Shown here: one piece after another, positions 11,396-24,843 of the stretch
Position numbering within the stretch: position 1 is the stretch's first letter
How the letters are laid out: each line of letters starts with the position of its first letter
Assembly (NCBI RefSeq): GCF_018350175.1
Contig: NC_058368.1
Location: 14,758,001 to 14,822,000 of the forward strand
Reading direction: 5' to 3'
Length of the DNA stretch: 64,000 nucleotides
Source: Felis catus
Taxonomy: Eukaryota
Notes under the pieces: generated by a model
Databases searched by the model: none
Told to the model about the DNA's origin: nothing
Seen by the model: the letters and a program-made list of their open reading frames with translations, nothing else
Program-made: the position numbers and the translations under genes

Positions 11396-13662
11396 GCTAT
11401 AAAGACATAAATTGTTGTATGTTTTGAGTACAGCTGTGTGCAAAATAAATTACTGTGATTTGTCACCACATTGCCCATAGCATCTTCCGCACCCACTAGG
11501 AAAGAGTTTCGTTAGGAAGGAGGTTTTCAATGGGCTCATCTTTGGAGACTCCCTTCTCTCTTTATTCTCTTCTGTCTTCTTCCCTTCTCAGATTCTCTTG
11601 ATTGGGGTAAGATGGAGGGGGACTTTCCAACCTTCTTTTCCACGCTTCTGTTATTCTTCTGATCCCTGGGATTATGCCAATTTATTTCAATGCAGATACT
11701 TTATAACATGCCATGCTACACTGGATTTTAGCAGAAGGTAAATAGCCTTGGATGATACAAGGAGACTTATCTTGGCTAGTACCATCTGTGACATCATTAA
11801 GGACTTTTATGCTCAAATGTGCCCTCATCTTATTGAAGGGAATGTGACATAGCAGGTTACACAATCACTATTTCTTGAAGAGTCTCTCACTTTAAATTCC
11901 TGCACTGATTATTCAGTGGAGACTTTTTTTGCTTTTTAGATATTTTTTCTTTAGGATCTTTCATTAAAATGCAATACAAAGAATAAAACTGCAACCGTTA
12001 TTGCATTATTTCCAATAGCTTTTGATGACTCTTACCTTAATCATTATATTCTTAACTCCAAGAGTATGAGTCAAAATCAAGGTAAATTGCCTTTCTCTCT
12101 TGGCACAAATCTGAAATGAGTCAGCAATGAGCAAAAACCTCTAAAATTAATTTAATCCAGTGGAATCATCCTTAATTCACACAATTGGGCAATATTGTCA
12201 AGTTTTTTGATCCCATTTACTAACACAGTTGAGAGAGGAATTATACTTAGGAAATGATAGTCAGCTAGATGTCAGTTAGTATCCAATAGGAAGTGATCAA
12301 ACAATTAAATTTTATCAAGTATTCTGGAGGTTCTCAGAAAGTGTCCAAGATACAGTTTGTGACCTCATGGAGTTCATTGTCCATGAAGAGCTTTAGTCCA
12401 TCCTGGCCATATAAAGGTGCTTTCCTACGATAAAGGGACAGTCAACTATCTCACCAACACAAGCAGGTTTCTGCTTTGACTACATTTCATTTCCCTGTTC
12501 CACTACCTGTCTGGTAGCCCTTCTTGCTAAACTTCTCAGGACCTTTACCTGTTCATTTGGAGATTCTGGCACAAGGTAAGTAGCCTTGGATGATTCGCAG
12601 ACATTTTTCTTGGCTAGAAAGATAAATAGGAAGCCTCTGATATCGCAGAGGGAGAAAGAGGCATACTTGAAATATGCTAAAACATGATCGTGCCTGGACA
12701 GCTATGTATGTAACAACACACAAGACCAAATGTATTCCTTTTCAGTGGTGTGAAGTGGAACTCGGCTTTCAGATGGAAAGCTGTGCCTGGACACATAGAA
12801 GAAGCTCAATAGTGTTTGTTTAATAAATGCTGAAGGAATAAATGAGACTCAAAACAAGGACATCTACTCTATCTTGGTCATTTCTTTCGGGGTCCAAACT
12901 ACCAGGGGGCCACAGAACCTCCAGCAGACAAAGGGAAAAGAGGCAAAGGGAGCAGGCAGCTTGTCCAGAAAGATGAAATATTCTTGCTGCTCATTCACAC
13001 CCACCACTCTGAACTTATCCACTAATTCATCCACTTGGTAAACACTTTTCAAGTGTCTATGTGCCGGACACTGTAGATAGTCAAAGAAGAACAAAACCCT
13101 GTCCCTCTCCTTATAGGAGGGTGGGTTCATTATAAACTTTGACAAAGTCATTAATAATCTCCAATCACTGAGTACTTGCTATGTGCCAGGCACTAGGCTA
13201 ATTCCTTTATATGCATGATTTCATTCGGCGCTGTGATGTGGTGTTGAACTAAGCATGACTCGATTGTATGGACGAAATTAAGATTTTGCCTGGCAAAGGA
13301 CCCAGGGCTTCACAGCCACACACATCTGAGCCAGAACTTGAACTTGGTGCACTGTGATGTGAAAGCCCCAGGGTCCTGCACTGGGAGGAAGGGCTTCTCT
13401 AGCAGAGAGGGGAGGGGCTCCTCCAGCCTGGGAGCAAGGGGAGAAGAAAGCTTGAGTGCATGGAGCACTGCCTCGGCCATACATTGTGATCTTTGAGCTG
13501 GGTCTAAAAGTAGGAATAAGAGCTTCCTCAAGAAAAACAGGAAGCAGCGTGAGGAAAAGCACAGAGGCACCAAAATGCACAGGAAAGTGTTGGGAAGTTC
13601 AAAGTGACTGCACTAGAAAGTGCTCAGGGGAGGGCAGGGAGCTTGAAAACAAGGTTGTGTAA

Positions 13663-13810
13663 GGGTGCCTGGTGGCTTAGTCACTTAAGCGTCTAACTTC
13701 ATGATCTCACAGTTTGTGGGTTCGAGCTCTGTGCTGGGCTCTGTGCTGACCGTTCAGAGCCTGGCGCCTGCTTCGGATTCTGTGTCTCCATCTCTCTCTA
13801 CCCCTCCCCT

Positions 13811-13850
<40 letters not shown>

Positions 13851-13879
13851 AAAATTAAATAAACATTAAAAACACTTCA
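13663..13879 (+). mobile_element. CanSINE
   Basis: Head gggtgcctggtggcttag, (CT)n, tail; degenerate TSD gaaaacaaggttgtgtaa / gaaaataaggtggtgcaa. Confidence 0.9.
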
Positions 13880-15282
13880 GAAAATAAGGTGGTGCAAAGC
13901 CCTGTGGTCCTGCTGCTCCATTCTTCCATTCTTCCTTTGTGATTCCTCCTGGCTCCTAAGCCTGCCAGTGACAGAGGCAGGCATGAGGAACAGAGAGGAC
14001 AATGGACAGCAGATGGTCAAGGGCTCAGATTTCAGCAATGCTCCATCTCCAAACTCTACCAAACAAACACCTTCATTTTCAAGTATGTAGATCCTGCAAG
14101 GATGACTAACAGAAAAGGTGGTTCCAAACTGGAGCATGACTAAAAAGTCAATCACATTCAGGTATCCTTGAATGCATATTGTTCTTACAGGAAAGAAAAC
14201 AACTTCAGATGAAATTCTTTAGGTGGATTTTTAAATACGTTTTGGTCATGCAGAATTATCCTTAATATACTTTCATAAATATAACAATGGAAGACCAATT
14301 GTGGTTAGATGAGTTCACGGCTTGTGGGGACAGTATTTAGTTTTAGATCAGGCCCCTTTAAGTTACCACATGGGTGTATTTTTCTAAGCTGCATCTATTT
14401 TAAAGTACCTCAGGCCCTCTAAATAATCAAGGTACACACTACCCTTATTCCTACTTTCTTTAGGTAGGCTGTCTTCCGTAAATGATATCAGAGATGGTTA
14501 TTCACATCTTCACATTTATAGCATGTGGTTAGCTATTTCTGCGAAATATTTTATGTCAAGATTTTATAGAGGAATATAAGGAAGCACCTATCTTATGAGA
14601 AAATATAATAATTTTACAGTGGTCTTTGTAACTTGGTATCCCTATAGTACACCAAAAAATCAGGGATTGCCGACCCTATATAAAACTGAAGGTTAACCCA
14701 TTTTTAGCATAACATTTTTCAGTGAAAGTAAAAAAAAAATCAGTTTTTAATTTAAAAAAAAAGGACTATTACATCTACTACTACCAACACATATTTTTTT
14801 TAAATTCTACAAATACCACAAAAGACACTTAATCCCAAAGCACTATTAAGATTATAGATTGCTGTCAGTGGTTGCTTGACCTTCTCATGAATGTTTTTTT
14901 TTCCTAGTTCACACTAATCTAAAGCTCTCTTAAGAAAAAGTATTCGTTTTCTCCTCCATAACTTAATTAACCACATTCCACTACTTCCAGACATTCTTGT
15001 GCATTACTTTGACATCATCATTCAGAAAAACTTCAGAAAGGAGATGTTAAACATATATATGCCCCCAAGGAAAAGAAATACTTTAAATATCTATTTTGAA
15101 ATAGGGTAGAAAATTGATGAAATCTGCTTCTAGAACACACAGGTCTCTGACTTTGGTTAAACTGTATGCAGCAACAACAAAGAAAAGTAAAAGAAACAGT
15201 TTTAATATGCTATTAGAACTTAAAAGAAAAACAAGTGAAGATGATCTATTTCCTTTGAAAGTATACAGAAAACAATGTTCTT

Positions 15283-15475
15283 CTTTTTTTAAAAAAAAAA
15301 GTATTTATTTTTAGAGAGATAGAGTGGGGGGAGAGAGGGGCAGAGGGAGAGAGAAAGAATATTGAGGAGTCTCCATGCTGAGTGTGGGAGGGGCCCAATC
15401 CCACGACCCTGGGATCATGACCTGAGCCAAAATCAAGAGTCGGACATTCACCCGACTGAGCCATCCAGGCATCCC
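15283..15475 (-). mobile_element. CanSINE (older subfamily)
   Basis: ...ccaaaatcaagagtcggacattcacccgactgagccatccaggcatccc; flanked by aatgttctt on both sides. Confidence 0.88.
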
Positions 15476-16257
15476 AACAGTAATGTTCTTATCAGGGAAT
15501 CTAGTAAAGTTCCTCAGAGACATTCTCTTACTTCTCTCATGCGTTCAGCACTAGCATGCCAAGATGAAGAGGGTATGGTCCTTTGTTTAGGTAAACTTTT
15601 TCAATAGAGGGAAAGACAAATCTACACACATGAGGTGGTAAAGGTGCAAGCATAGAAGACAGAGGTGTGTCTAGGGCCTTGGAAGCTCAGAAGAGCGGCA
15701 CATTCCATCTAGGTGTGGGTGGAAGCCTCACAGAAGAGGTCAAACTTGAGCGAATTATGAAGAATGTGAAGAACCTACAAAGGTAAACTAGGTGAAGAGA
15801 GGATAATGTACCTCAGGCTATAGAATGCAAAGTCAAGGGCAGGGGAAGTCTAAGGCAGCCCAGAGTGGAGAACTAAAGCCATTCATCACTGAGTCATTCA
15901 GTAGAACAGCAAAGTTAAGGACGAGGAGCGTGGAGAGGCAGACAGAGGCCAGATGATGTAGATCTTTAGGACTCCTTAAAGGAGCACAAAGCTTATCCTT
16001 AGGGGATGGGGAAAGGGTAGAAAGGAGGCTCCCTGATCTTTTAAAGTACTATATTTTAAAGAACGAGAGTGATTTGATCAGGTTTGCATCTTAGAGAGAA
16101 CCGTGGAGGTATAATGAAGGAAAGATGTGAAAAGGACAAGACTGGAGGAAAGGAAATCAGTCAAGGTACTGCCCCCAATGCCATGAGAAATGAGGACTGC
16201 CTTGACCCAGGAAGGAATAGAGGGCAGGGACCAAGTGTGAGCAAAACTAGCTAGATT

Positions 16258-16407
16258 GGGGGGCACCTTGGGTGGCTCAGTCACTTGTCTCCAACTTCAG
16301 CTCAGGTCATGATCTCATGGTTTGTGTTTGAGCCTCACATTGGGCTGACAGCACGGAGCCTGCTTCGGATTCTCTCTCCCTCTCTCTCTAGCCCTCCCCC
16401 GCTCATG

Positions 16408-16444
<37 letters not shown>

Positions 16445-16485
16445 CCTCTCTCAAAAATAAATAAACATTTTTAAAAAATTTTTTA
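16258..16485 (+). mobile_element. CanSINE
   Basis: TSD aaaactagctagatt (16243-16257) / aaaaccagctagatt (16486-16500). Confidence 0.92.
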
Positions 16486-17469
16486 AAAACCAGCTAGATT
16501 AGATGGTGAGAAAAGGTGAATATGACTTTTCAGGAGCTCAATGAATATCAAAGGGATAAATGAACCAATGTGGACAATGAGTACTTGGGCAACACTGCTG
16601 GGCAAGCGGAGTCATGATAACACATATTCTAGGAGAAAAATTTGTTTTTTCCTATCAAAGGTATTAAACATAGGAGGGCAATGAGAAATAGACACATTTT
16701 TAAAGTACCACGTCACCTAACTTTTATAATTAGTTAGCTGGGGGATTTTATTGGTGGTGATGGTAGACAGTGGGCTAAATCTTCCCCTCCCATGTAAGTG
16801 AAACACAAATATCCCAAATCACTCACTTAAAAGTAAAGCAAAACTGAGGACAACAATGAACTTGATTCAGGAAACACTATAAAAACATACATACCTGATA
16901 AAGGAGAGTATAATTGATAAAACTGTATTTGATATTAAGTATGTAGATGACTAGTTTAGTATATCTTAAACATTTTCATTTTTCCTAAGTTTTGTTTATA
17001 ATTATACTTCATTCAGAATTGAGGGCCCATCTCCATGAGCAGAGGTCTTCAAATATGTATGAAAACATTAGATTACCTGGATCTAACATATATAAGCCAA
17101 ATAGCACAAGGCACCAAAATGAGGCAGATATAGCTGTTTAGGTTAACCTTGTTCTTTTAATTTGGTTTTCTTCCATTGTTGCTTCCAAAGGTTAACCTTG
17201 AACTCACACTTAATGTCTGTGAAAGCCTAAATAAGTTCCAGTTAAAGGTACAAGATTATTTCCTGGAACTACAAAATGCCTATAAATGTCTTATCCCAGG
17301 AAAGTGGGCCACAATTGACAGCCTCTTCAACTGTCATCTAAATAGTGGTCCCTGCCTAGTTTTCCAGGAAAAGCTTTGCAAAAGAAATGAAACATATTTC
17401 TCATTATCCCAAGTCCTTGAGAAGATATTTAATTAAGTCTTGTGAGTATATGTGTAAACAGAAATGTCT

Positions 17470-17886
17470 GGGGCGCCTGGGTGCCTCAGTCAGTTAAGCG
17501 GCCAACCCCTGATTTCGGCTCAGGCCATGATCTCATGGCTCAGGTTATGATCCCACGGTTTGCAAGATGCAGCCCTGAGCTGGGCTCTGTGCTGAGTCTG
17601 GACCCTGCTTGGGATTTTCTTTTTCTCCCTCTCTCTCTGACCCTTGAATGCTTATTTATTTATTTTTGAGAGAGAAAACACAAGTGGGGGAGGGGCAGAG
17701 AGAGAGAGGGAGAGTGAATCCGAAGTAGGGTCCAGGGTCTGAGCATCAGCGCAGAGCCCAACATGGGGCTTGAACTCACACACCATGAGATTATGACCTG
17801 AGCTGAAGTTGGACGCCTAAGTGACGGAGCCACCCAGGTGCACCAAAATACAGAAATAAACATTAAAAAATATATAAATAAATAAT
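17470..17886 (+). mobile_element. CanSINE (outer), interrupted by an antisense SINE
   Basis: Head at 17470, body to ~17645, tail resumes at 17845; TSD aaatgtctg at 17462-17470 and 17887-17895. Confidence 0.85.
17650..17844 (-). mobile_element. CanSINE (inner, opposite orientation)
   Basis: ttatttatttatttttgagagag...gccacccaggtgcacc. Confidence 0.88.
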
Positions 17887-18258
17887 AAATGTCTGAAAAA
17901 CTTGCTCTTACTAATAAGTGAGAGGACACATTAGCTGTAAACATTTCCTGTACTACAAAGATCTCGTTCACAAATAACGAGAATCGAAATTGGCTGTAGT
18001 TTCATCATTTTAGCATATTTGCAACAACAGTAAAGGAGAAAAATTAGTATAGTCTGGTTGGTTTAAAAGGAATTATGAGGCATAATTTTGAGACTTCATG
18101 TCCATTCATGTCCAGGTGACAGACGGAAACTGAAGGGATCCTATGATTTTTTTTTTTGCCACCTCTATTCTTGCGCCCCTGTCTTCCATGTGCCTTATAG
18201 TAGGTATATGGATATACAGTATGCCATATAGTATGTATATGGATATGTATGTCCTCCT

Positions 18259-18696
18259 TGTAAGAGGCAAGGATTTAATGATTTCTTTGGAGTCTTCTAG
18301 CACAATAGAGAACATCTGAGGAGTAACTAGGTGGGGTCTTTATGTATGTTTTCCAGACCAATGACTCACCAAGACCCTGGGGCTCCAGGGCGTGACTGAC
18401 TTATGGAGGACACCTGAGCACCCTCCTCATTTTGACCAGTTCCTAGATGCCTCAGAGGACACATACACCAGACCACCATCCTCAATAAAAATCCCAGACC
18501 CAAAGCAAAAACAAGACTCCATCTCCTTTCCTTTCTGAGTCTCCCAGATGTTGTCTGTACCTACACTCTCTCTACATCTTTAATAAACTCTGCTTCCTCT
18601 AGGCTCACTTTTGATTTCCATTCTGCACAAAGCCAAGGACTCTCTTGGCTGGTGCTGTGGGACCCCCTCTGGGTCCTTGGACCCAGCCAGCCTACA
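18259..18696 (+). mobile_element. Solo LTR, ERV1-like (carnivore)
   Basis: TGTAAG...CCTACA termini, ~438 bp, TATA-like aataaaaa at 18484, AATAAA at 18582-18587, U5-like end; TSD poorly preserved. Confidence 0.65.
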
Positions 18697-19808
18697 TTAT
18701 AAGCATGAATGGAGAAAGTAAGCACAAGGCAGTTCTTGGTTGGTATGCATGACCAATGGTGTGCCATTTTGTTGGTGTGCCACAGTCTAATTACAGCTTT
18801 GAGTTCTCGTGCTTTAGAACGTGATGTTTTACTTCCGTAAGTCATAGGTAGAAAATGATTCCCCACTTATGGAAAGACACACATATGTAACAACTGGCAC
18901 TGAGGTATACCTTGGGTTCCAGTTCATGCCTTTTTTTTTCATTTGTTATGCCTTCTTTTTTCTTAAACAAAAATGATGAATTCATCCATATTATAAAAAA
19001 TTATGATAAAAAGAGGTGTGACTAGTGCACTCTCCCAAACATTTCCTTATTCTGAACATTCTCAAGACCCGGATAATAATATAATAATATAAGCTTGAGT
19101 ACACTAGTCTTTCATGTAAGTTTGTGTGAATGAAAAAAAGAAGTGTGGGGTGTATGTGTGTGTGTATGTACGTGTGCATGTGAAAGAGAGCGAGAGAGAG
19201 AGGAGACAATTAAAGTGTAAAGAAAATATACACAGTTCCATATGAGGGAGAATGTCAACACTGACATTGATTATAGACACTGTAGAAATAACTAAGCAAG
19301 CAGGAAAAAAAAACCTTACAAAAATGTAGTTTGGACATGTAGAAGGAATACTAATTACAGTAATTTCTCTGAACTGTTTACCACATGCCTAATTACCAGG
19401 CAGCACAGTGATGAATATGTAAATCATTAGCTATACATCGGATTAACTAGTGCACATTTTAACTACAACATTGAGCTCTGCTAATGTATAGTCAGTCTTC
19501 ACAATTTATCACTCCTCTAGTATGCTCATTGGCCCATGACTTAAAGTTTTGGAAGCTTATAAGAAATGACAAGGTGAGGAAGGAATCAAATGAATATTTT
19601 AAGTAATTATAATTTTAGAAAAATGGCATATATAAACAAGGACAAGAAGGAAGCTACTGGTAAAAGATATGCTGGCTATTCTATATGATGGGCTGTTTAT
19701 ACATGGCATATACCTTAGATGTATTGAGAGGGGGATAAAGGGACATACTGGAGTAAATATCTAGCAAATTTTAAAATCAAATTCCTAAAGAACATTCAAT
19801 AGGTATTT

Positions 19809-20025
19809 AAAAAAATTTTTTTAACATTTATTTATTTTTGAGACAGAGAGAGACAGAGCATGAACGAGGGAGGGTCAGAGAGAGAGGGAGACACAGAATC
19901 TGAAACAGGTTCCAGGCTCTGAGCGGTCAGCACAGAGCCTGATGCAGGGCTCGAACTCACGGACCGTGAGATCATGACCTGAGCCGAAGTTGGACACTTA
20001 ACCGACTGAGCCACCCAGCTGCCCC
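19809..20025 (-). mobile_element. CanSINE (SINEC_Fc-like)
   Basis: Perfect 13-bp TSD tcaataggtattt at 19796-19808 and 20026-20038. Confidence 0.95.
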
Positions 20026-20397
20026 TCAATAGGTATTTTTAAAAGATACAAATGAAGAAACCATCAAAAATACCCTCAGCTTTCTCTAAAATCATACACG
20101 TTCTTAAATAAATAGTACTAAATACATTGATTAAATATTTTTCTTCATTAATTAGAACACAACGTTGTGAAAAAATATGTCACCAGAATTGGAAGAAGGA
20201 ATCACTGGATACCCGCAATGGAAATACCTAGATATTTGAGTAATACAATACATGACTAAAGAAATGTGGTGATAGGGAAAGCATAAGTTGAGTCCTTTAG
20301 CTTTAAGAGATTTTAGATCCAACTAAATAAACATTTTATAGAAATGATCCCCCAAGTTTTCTGTAGGAGCACCACACTAGCCTACCCTAATTTATAA

Positions 20398-20637
20398 TAG
20401 GGTTTCTCGCCCTTGGCACAATTGATAATTTGGGCCAGATAGTTCTTTATTGTGGGGGCTGCTGTGTGCATTGTGGGATGGCTAGCAGCATCCCTAGCTA
20501 GCAGACGGATGCTGATAGAGACCCAGCAAATGCCACTAGCATTCCCTCCCACCCCTAGTATTGACAAGCAAAAATGTCTCTGTATCATTGCCAAATGCCC
20601 CCTGGAAGGCAAAACTGTTCCCTGTTGAGAGCTACTG
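20398..20637 (+). mobile_element. MER20 hAT-Charlie DNA transposon
   Basis: ggtttctc..ccttggcacaattgataatttgggccagata...aaaaatgtctc...cattgccaaatgccccctgg...gttgagagctactg; 8-bp TSD-like atttataa / ctttatag. Confidence 0.85.
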
Positions 20638-20808
20638 CTTTATAGAATGTGAAAAGGTGTACACAAATAAAAAATTCTGTTAATGTAGTCATAATTTAAT
20701 TGCACTAGTCAAATTCACTGTTTTAAACAAGCATAGGGAACTTTTTCTTTGATGAAAATTATCAAGCCACAGGAAAAAATTAAACTCAGCAAAAGGAAAA
20801 ACCTAACA

Positions 20809-20810
<2 letters not shown>

Positions 20811-20849
<39 letters not shown>

Positions 20850-20860
20850 CGCGCGTGTGT
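20811..20860. repeat. Compound microsatellite (GT)15(GC)7(GT)3
   Basis: Read directly from sequence. Confidence 0.95.
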
Positions 20861-21874
20861 TTAAGGTAGGTGTTGAGAGAGTGAGAAAGAAACAAGAAAT
20901 AAGGAAATGTTCTCTTTTGCTTGTAAAATTAAGAACAGAGGACATAAAATTAATTCAGTAAACATAGCAGATTATAAAAATACACTTGAATTCCATATTA
21001 TACCTTAAATAGGGAGATGAAAACTGAAAGATAAAACAGAGGAGACATAAGTAGGAGAAGACAGAATAGACAAGATGGTGGAGGTGGGGTGGCAGGGAGG
21101 TGGAAAGGAGGCAGAACTTTAGAAGAAAGAGAGACTGGCAGATTGGCAGTTAAAAGTGGAGCTTCTCTTGGCTCCCCACTCTACTTTTTCTCAGGTTTCT
21201 CCTTTTAGCCCCTGAGCCCAGCCCCTCAAACCAGGCTGCCAACATCCTTCTCCTCAGGCTCCACCAGCTGCTCACTGTGTCCATGAAGGAGGATGTGTGG
21301 ATAAGAGACTAGAAAACAAGGGAGAACCACTGCCAGGAAAGGAACAATGACTGCCACGGAAGGCTTGGGAATTGGAGGGAGGCATGATCAATGCCTCACT
21401 TTATCATACAGAATAATTTTCTTTGAGGGAGAATTTACACGGAGAATAGTGAGGATGCTAACTGTTCAAGAGAAAGGTAATGAGAGCCTAAGTTAGGGGG
21501 CTGACAGAAGACACTGAACACAATAGAACCATTTACATTTTGTGTATTACTTTGGAGGGTAATAGTTGTTATTTGTTCCTTATAATAACCAAAAACAAAT
21601 GTAGATTTGCTTTATGCACAGGAAATATTTAATAAATACTAGCTCAGTTTAACTCAATTCATTTTAAGTTAATCTATGATCTATACTTAACATTAAGAAA
21701 CTGAAGTCCAGTGAAGATAAATGACTTGCCCATGATCAAATGGTTGGTAAATTTTGGAGCCATGGATGAAACCCAGATCTCCTTAACTCCAAAATCCAAG
21801 GCTTTACGTATTTCATTAGTTACAACAAATTTGTGACATATGTGCTGATCCTATTTCTTTACCACTGATTTTCT

Positions 21875-22144
21875 TTTTAAATTTTTTCATGTTTATTTTT
21901 GAGAGAGAGAGAGTGAGAAAGAGAGAGAGAGAGAGCGAGAGAGCGAAAGAGTGCATGTGTGCACGAGCAGGAGAGAGGCAGAGAGAAGAAGGAAAGAGAG
22001 AATCCCAAGCAGGCTCTACACTGTCAGTGCAGAGGCCTACGCGGGGTTGGATCTCATGAACCATGAGCTGATCATGATCATGACCTGAGCTGAGACCAGG
22101 TCTCAGCTGAGATGCTTAACCAACTGAGCCACTCAGGCACCCCC
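21875..22144 (-). mobile_element. CanSINE 1 of tandem triplet
   Basis: Tail, long GA region, ends ...gccactcaggcacccc. Confidence 0.9.
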
Positions 22145-22161
22145 AAAGAAATTGATTTTCT

Positions 22162-22411
22162 TTTTTTTTTCTTTTTTGATGTTTATTTATTTTTGAGAGA
22201 CAGAGAGACAGAGAGACAGAGAGAGAGAGAAAAGTGTGAGTGGGGGAGGGGCGGAGAGAGAGGGAGACAAAGAATCCGAAGCAGGCTCCAGGCTCTGAGC
22301 TGTCAGCACAATGCCTGACGCGGCGCTCGAACTCACGAGAACCCACGAACCGTGAAATCATGACATGAACTGAAGTTGGATGCTCAACCGACTGAGCCAC
22401 CCAGGCGCCCC
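22162..22411 (-). mobile_element. CanSINE 2 of tandem triplet
   Basis: Ends ...gccacccaggcgcccc; internal dup aactcacga/aacccacga. Confidence 0.92.
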
Positions 22412-22428
22412 AAACAAATAGATTTTCT

Positions 22429-22653
22429 TTTTTTTTAACTTTTTTTTTTAATGTTTATTTATTTTTTGAGAGAGAGATTGACAGAGTGTGAGCAGGGGAT
22501 GGGCAGAGAGAAAGGAAGACATGGAATCTGAAGTAGGCTCCAGGCTCTGAGCTGTCAGCACAGAGCCTGACGCAGGGCTCAAACCCACGAACCGTGAGAT
22601 CATGACCTGAGCTGAAGTCAGGTGCTCAACTGACCGAGCCACCCAGTCGCCCC
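22429..22653 (-). mobile_element. CanSINE 3 of tandem triplet
   Basis: TSD aacaaatagattttct at 22413-22428 and 22654-22669. Confidence 0.92.
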
Positions 22654-24114
22654 AACAAATAGATTTTCTACCAAGAGGTTGGATATGGCCTCAGAATCCT
22701 TCTGAAGACAGGGCTTCAGAGAGCTACCCTGAACCCACGTTTCTGTATCTTACAGTGCACCAGGCTACCTATCCAACGGGAAGGAAGAGGATATGGTAGA
22801 GATTCTTTGTTGGCTGAACCATTATCACCTTGTAGCTGTGGGGATAGATTCAGAGGCAAAAAAAAGTATGTACATCAGGAATGACTGGCGGTAAGCCTGG
22901 AGACTAAGGGGACCATGGCACTATTACCAGAAGTAACAGAGCTGGTGTCCTATTATTGCATGTGGTTTTAGATGTGTCCAATCCATAATGAGGGAAAAGT
23001 TGTCACAATCACAGCTGAAGGAGGCTGTGAGGGAGGGAAAAAAGGCAGGGCCTCAGAGTGATCTCAGTCCCACAAACAATGGAAATTGTGGGTCTTAAAG
23101 GTGCATGTCCAAAAGATACACCAAATATTATTAGGGGAGATGAAATAAGGACTTTCCAAGGTCTTCACTTAAAAGACACAGTTGTGAATCATTTTGTAAG
23201 GCAAGAAAATTCTCCTATAATTGAAATAATCACCAAATAGTAAAAATTGGAATTCCTCTGTGCCAAGTTCCATTTCAATGGGAGGCAGGGAGCAGTGAAA
23301 AGAAAATGTCTCTTTGGCAACTTAGAATTCTCGATGAGAATCATAAACAATTTCTGTAAAACTTTGCAAACTAAATTAAGTATTAAACCTTAAACGCTTA
23401 ATCACAAGGGAGTTTTGATAAGTTGCTTCTATCAGCTGTCCTACAGCATAAGATTAAAAATGCAAAGCCTTGTATCAGCCCCATGATGTCACTTGACATC
23501 ATTATGGCAGGTACACTTAGCAAATTAGAGAGAATGCCATGGAAAATGTCTGGTTATAACTCGGAGGTAGGAATAGTGCTCGTGGAAACCTCTATACAAC
23601 TTCTTGAACAATTTTCTAACCTTAAAACAGACGTGTTTTCTATTATTTAGAATTTGTTTCATCTTGGTCTTTTTTTTTTTTTTAATCTTTAGCTTGTTTC
23701 TTCCCATTTCATTTCCATCCACTTTATGATTGCTTTGGTCACTTTACAAAATCAAGTTACAATGATTCTATGTGGCACCATATGGCTATGTCAGAAAAAG
23801 AGTTTTTAATATTTTCTAAGAAACAAGATATTGTAGTTAGTGCTCTCAGAACCACTTTCAATCTAAAAAATATTGAAGGCTACACTCACACACAAATGTT
23901 TTAGAGTGGAGACTGCCCACCCCCTCCAAAGCCAAGCTTTGATACATGGCCTAAGAAAATACCAACAATTCAAATACGGTCTTGGAACAAACTACTAAAC
24001 CACAGACAATATAATTTCTATTCAAAAGCATAAAACCACTAGTGATCCATTTGCCAAAAATAAAACCAACAAAACACCCCTCAAATTGATTGATGAACCT
24101 ACCGATATCAATTC

Positions 24115-24117
<3 letters not shown>

Positions 24118-24148
<31 letters not shown>
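24118..24148. repeat. (TG)n microsatellite
   Basis: Read directly from sequence. Confidence 0.95.
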
Positions 24149-24151
<3 letters not shown>

Positions 24152-24606
24152 CATACATATAATTTTGATCTTTAGAATTCTTCATATGGTTAGTTTCATT
24201 TCCAGTGAAGCGAAGATCAAACAGAGTCTTATATATTTATTGTTAGATATAAATCCAAGAAAGGGTTCTCAATTACGTGTATTTTTGAAAAGTTTAAGGC
24301 TATGTGTCTACATGCTGAGGGTACAAATAACATCGCAAAGCTATGGAAATTCTCAAACAAATACTACTGAAACAGCATTGCAAGCAGCTGAAAACATCAT
24401 GTGATATTTTCAGTAGTGAGGAAATGTCAATAAGCAGTATTTCTAGTAGGAAACTCTTCTAAAGGTCCTGTTCAGCAGGGGTCTCTATTGAATACTGCAC
24501 TTGCTGCTGTAATAAGAAACAAAGGAGATGGGGAGGTGGTGGGATACTGGCTGGGTGAGGGCTATGATTTCAGCTCCTCTTTGACATCTACCTCCTTCCC
24601 TTCTAC

Positions 24607-24843
24607 ATTTTTTTAAGTTTATTTATTTACTTTGAAAGAGAGAGAGAGCAAGAGTGTGTGAGCGCATGGGGCAGGGGTAGGGGCAGAGAAAGAAGGAGAG
24701 AGAGAATCCCAAGCAGGCTCCACACTGTCAGCACAGAGATGGACACGGGGCTCGAACACACAAACTGTGAAATCACTACCTGAGCTGAAATCAAGAGTCA
24801 GACACTTGACTCTTACTTACTGACTGAGCCACCCAGGTGCCCC
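24607..24843 (-). mobile_element. CanSINE
   Basis: Ends ...gccacccaggtgcccc; flanks cccttcta/cccttctc. Confidence 0.9.
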
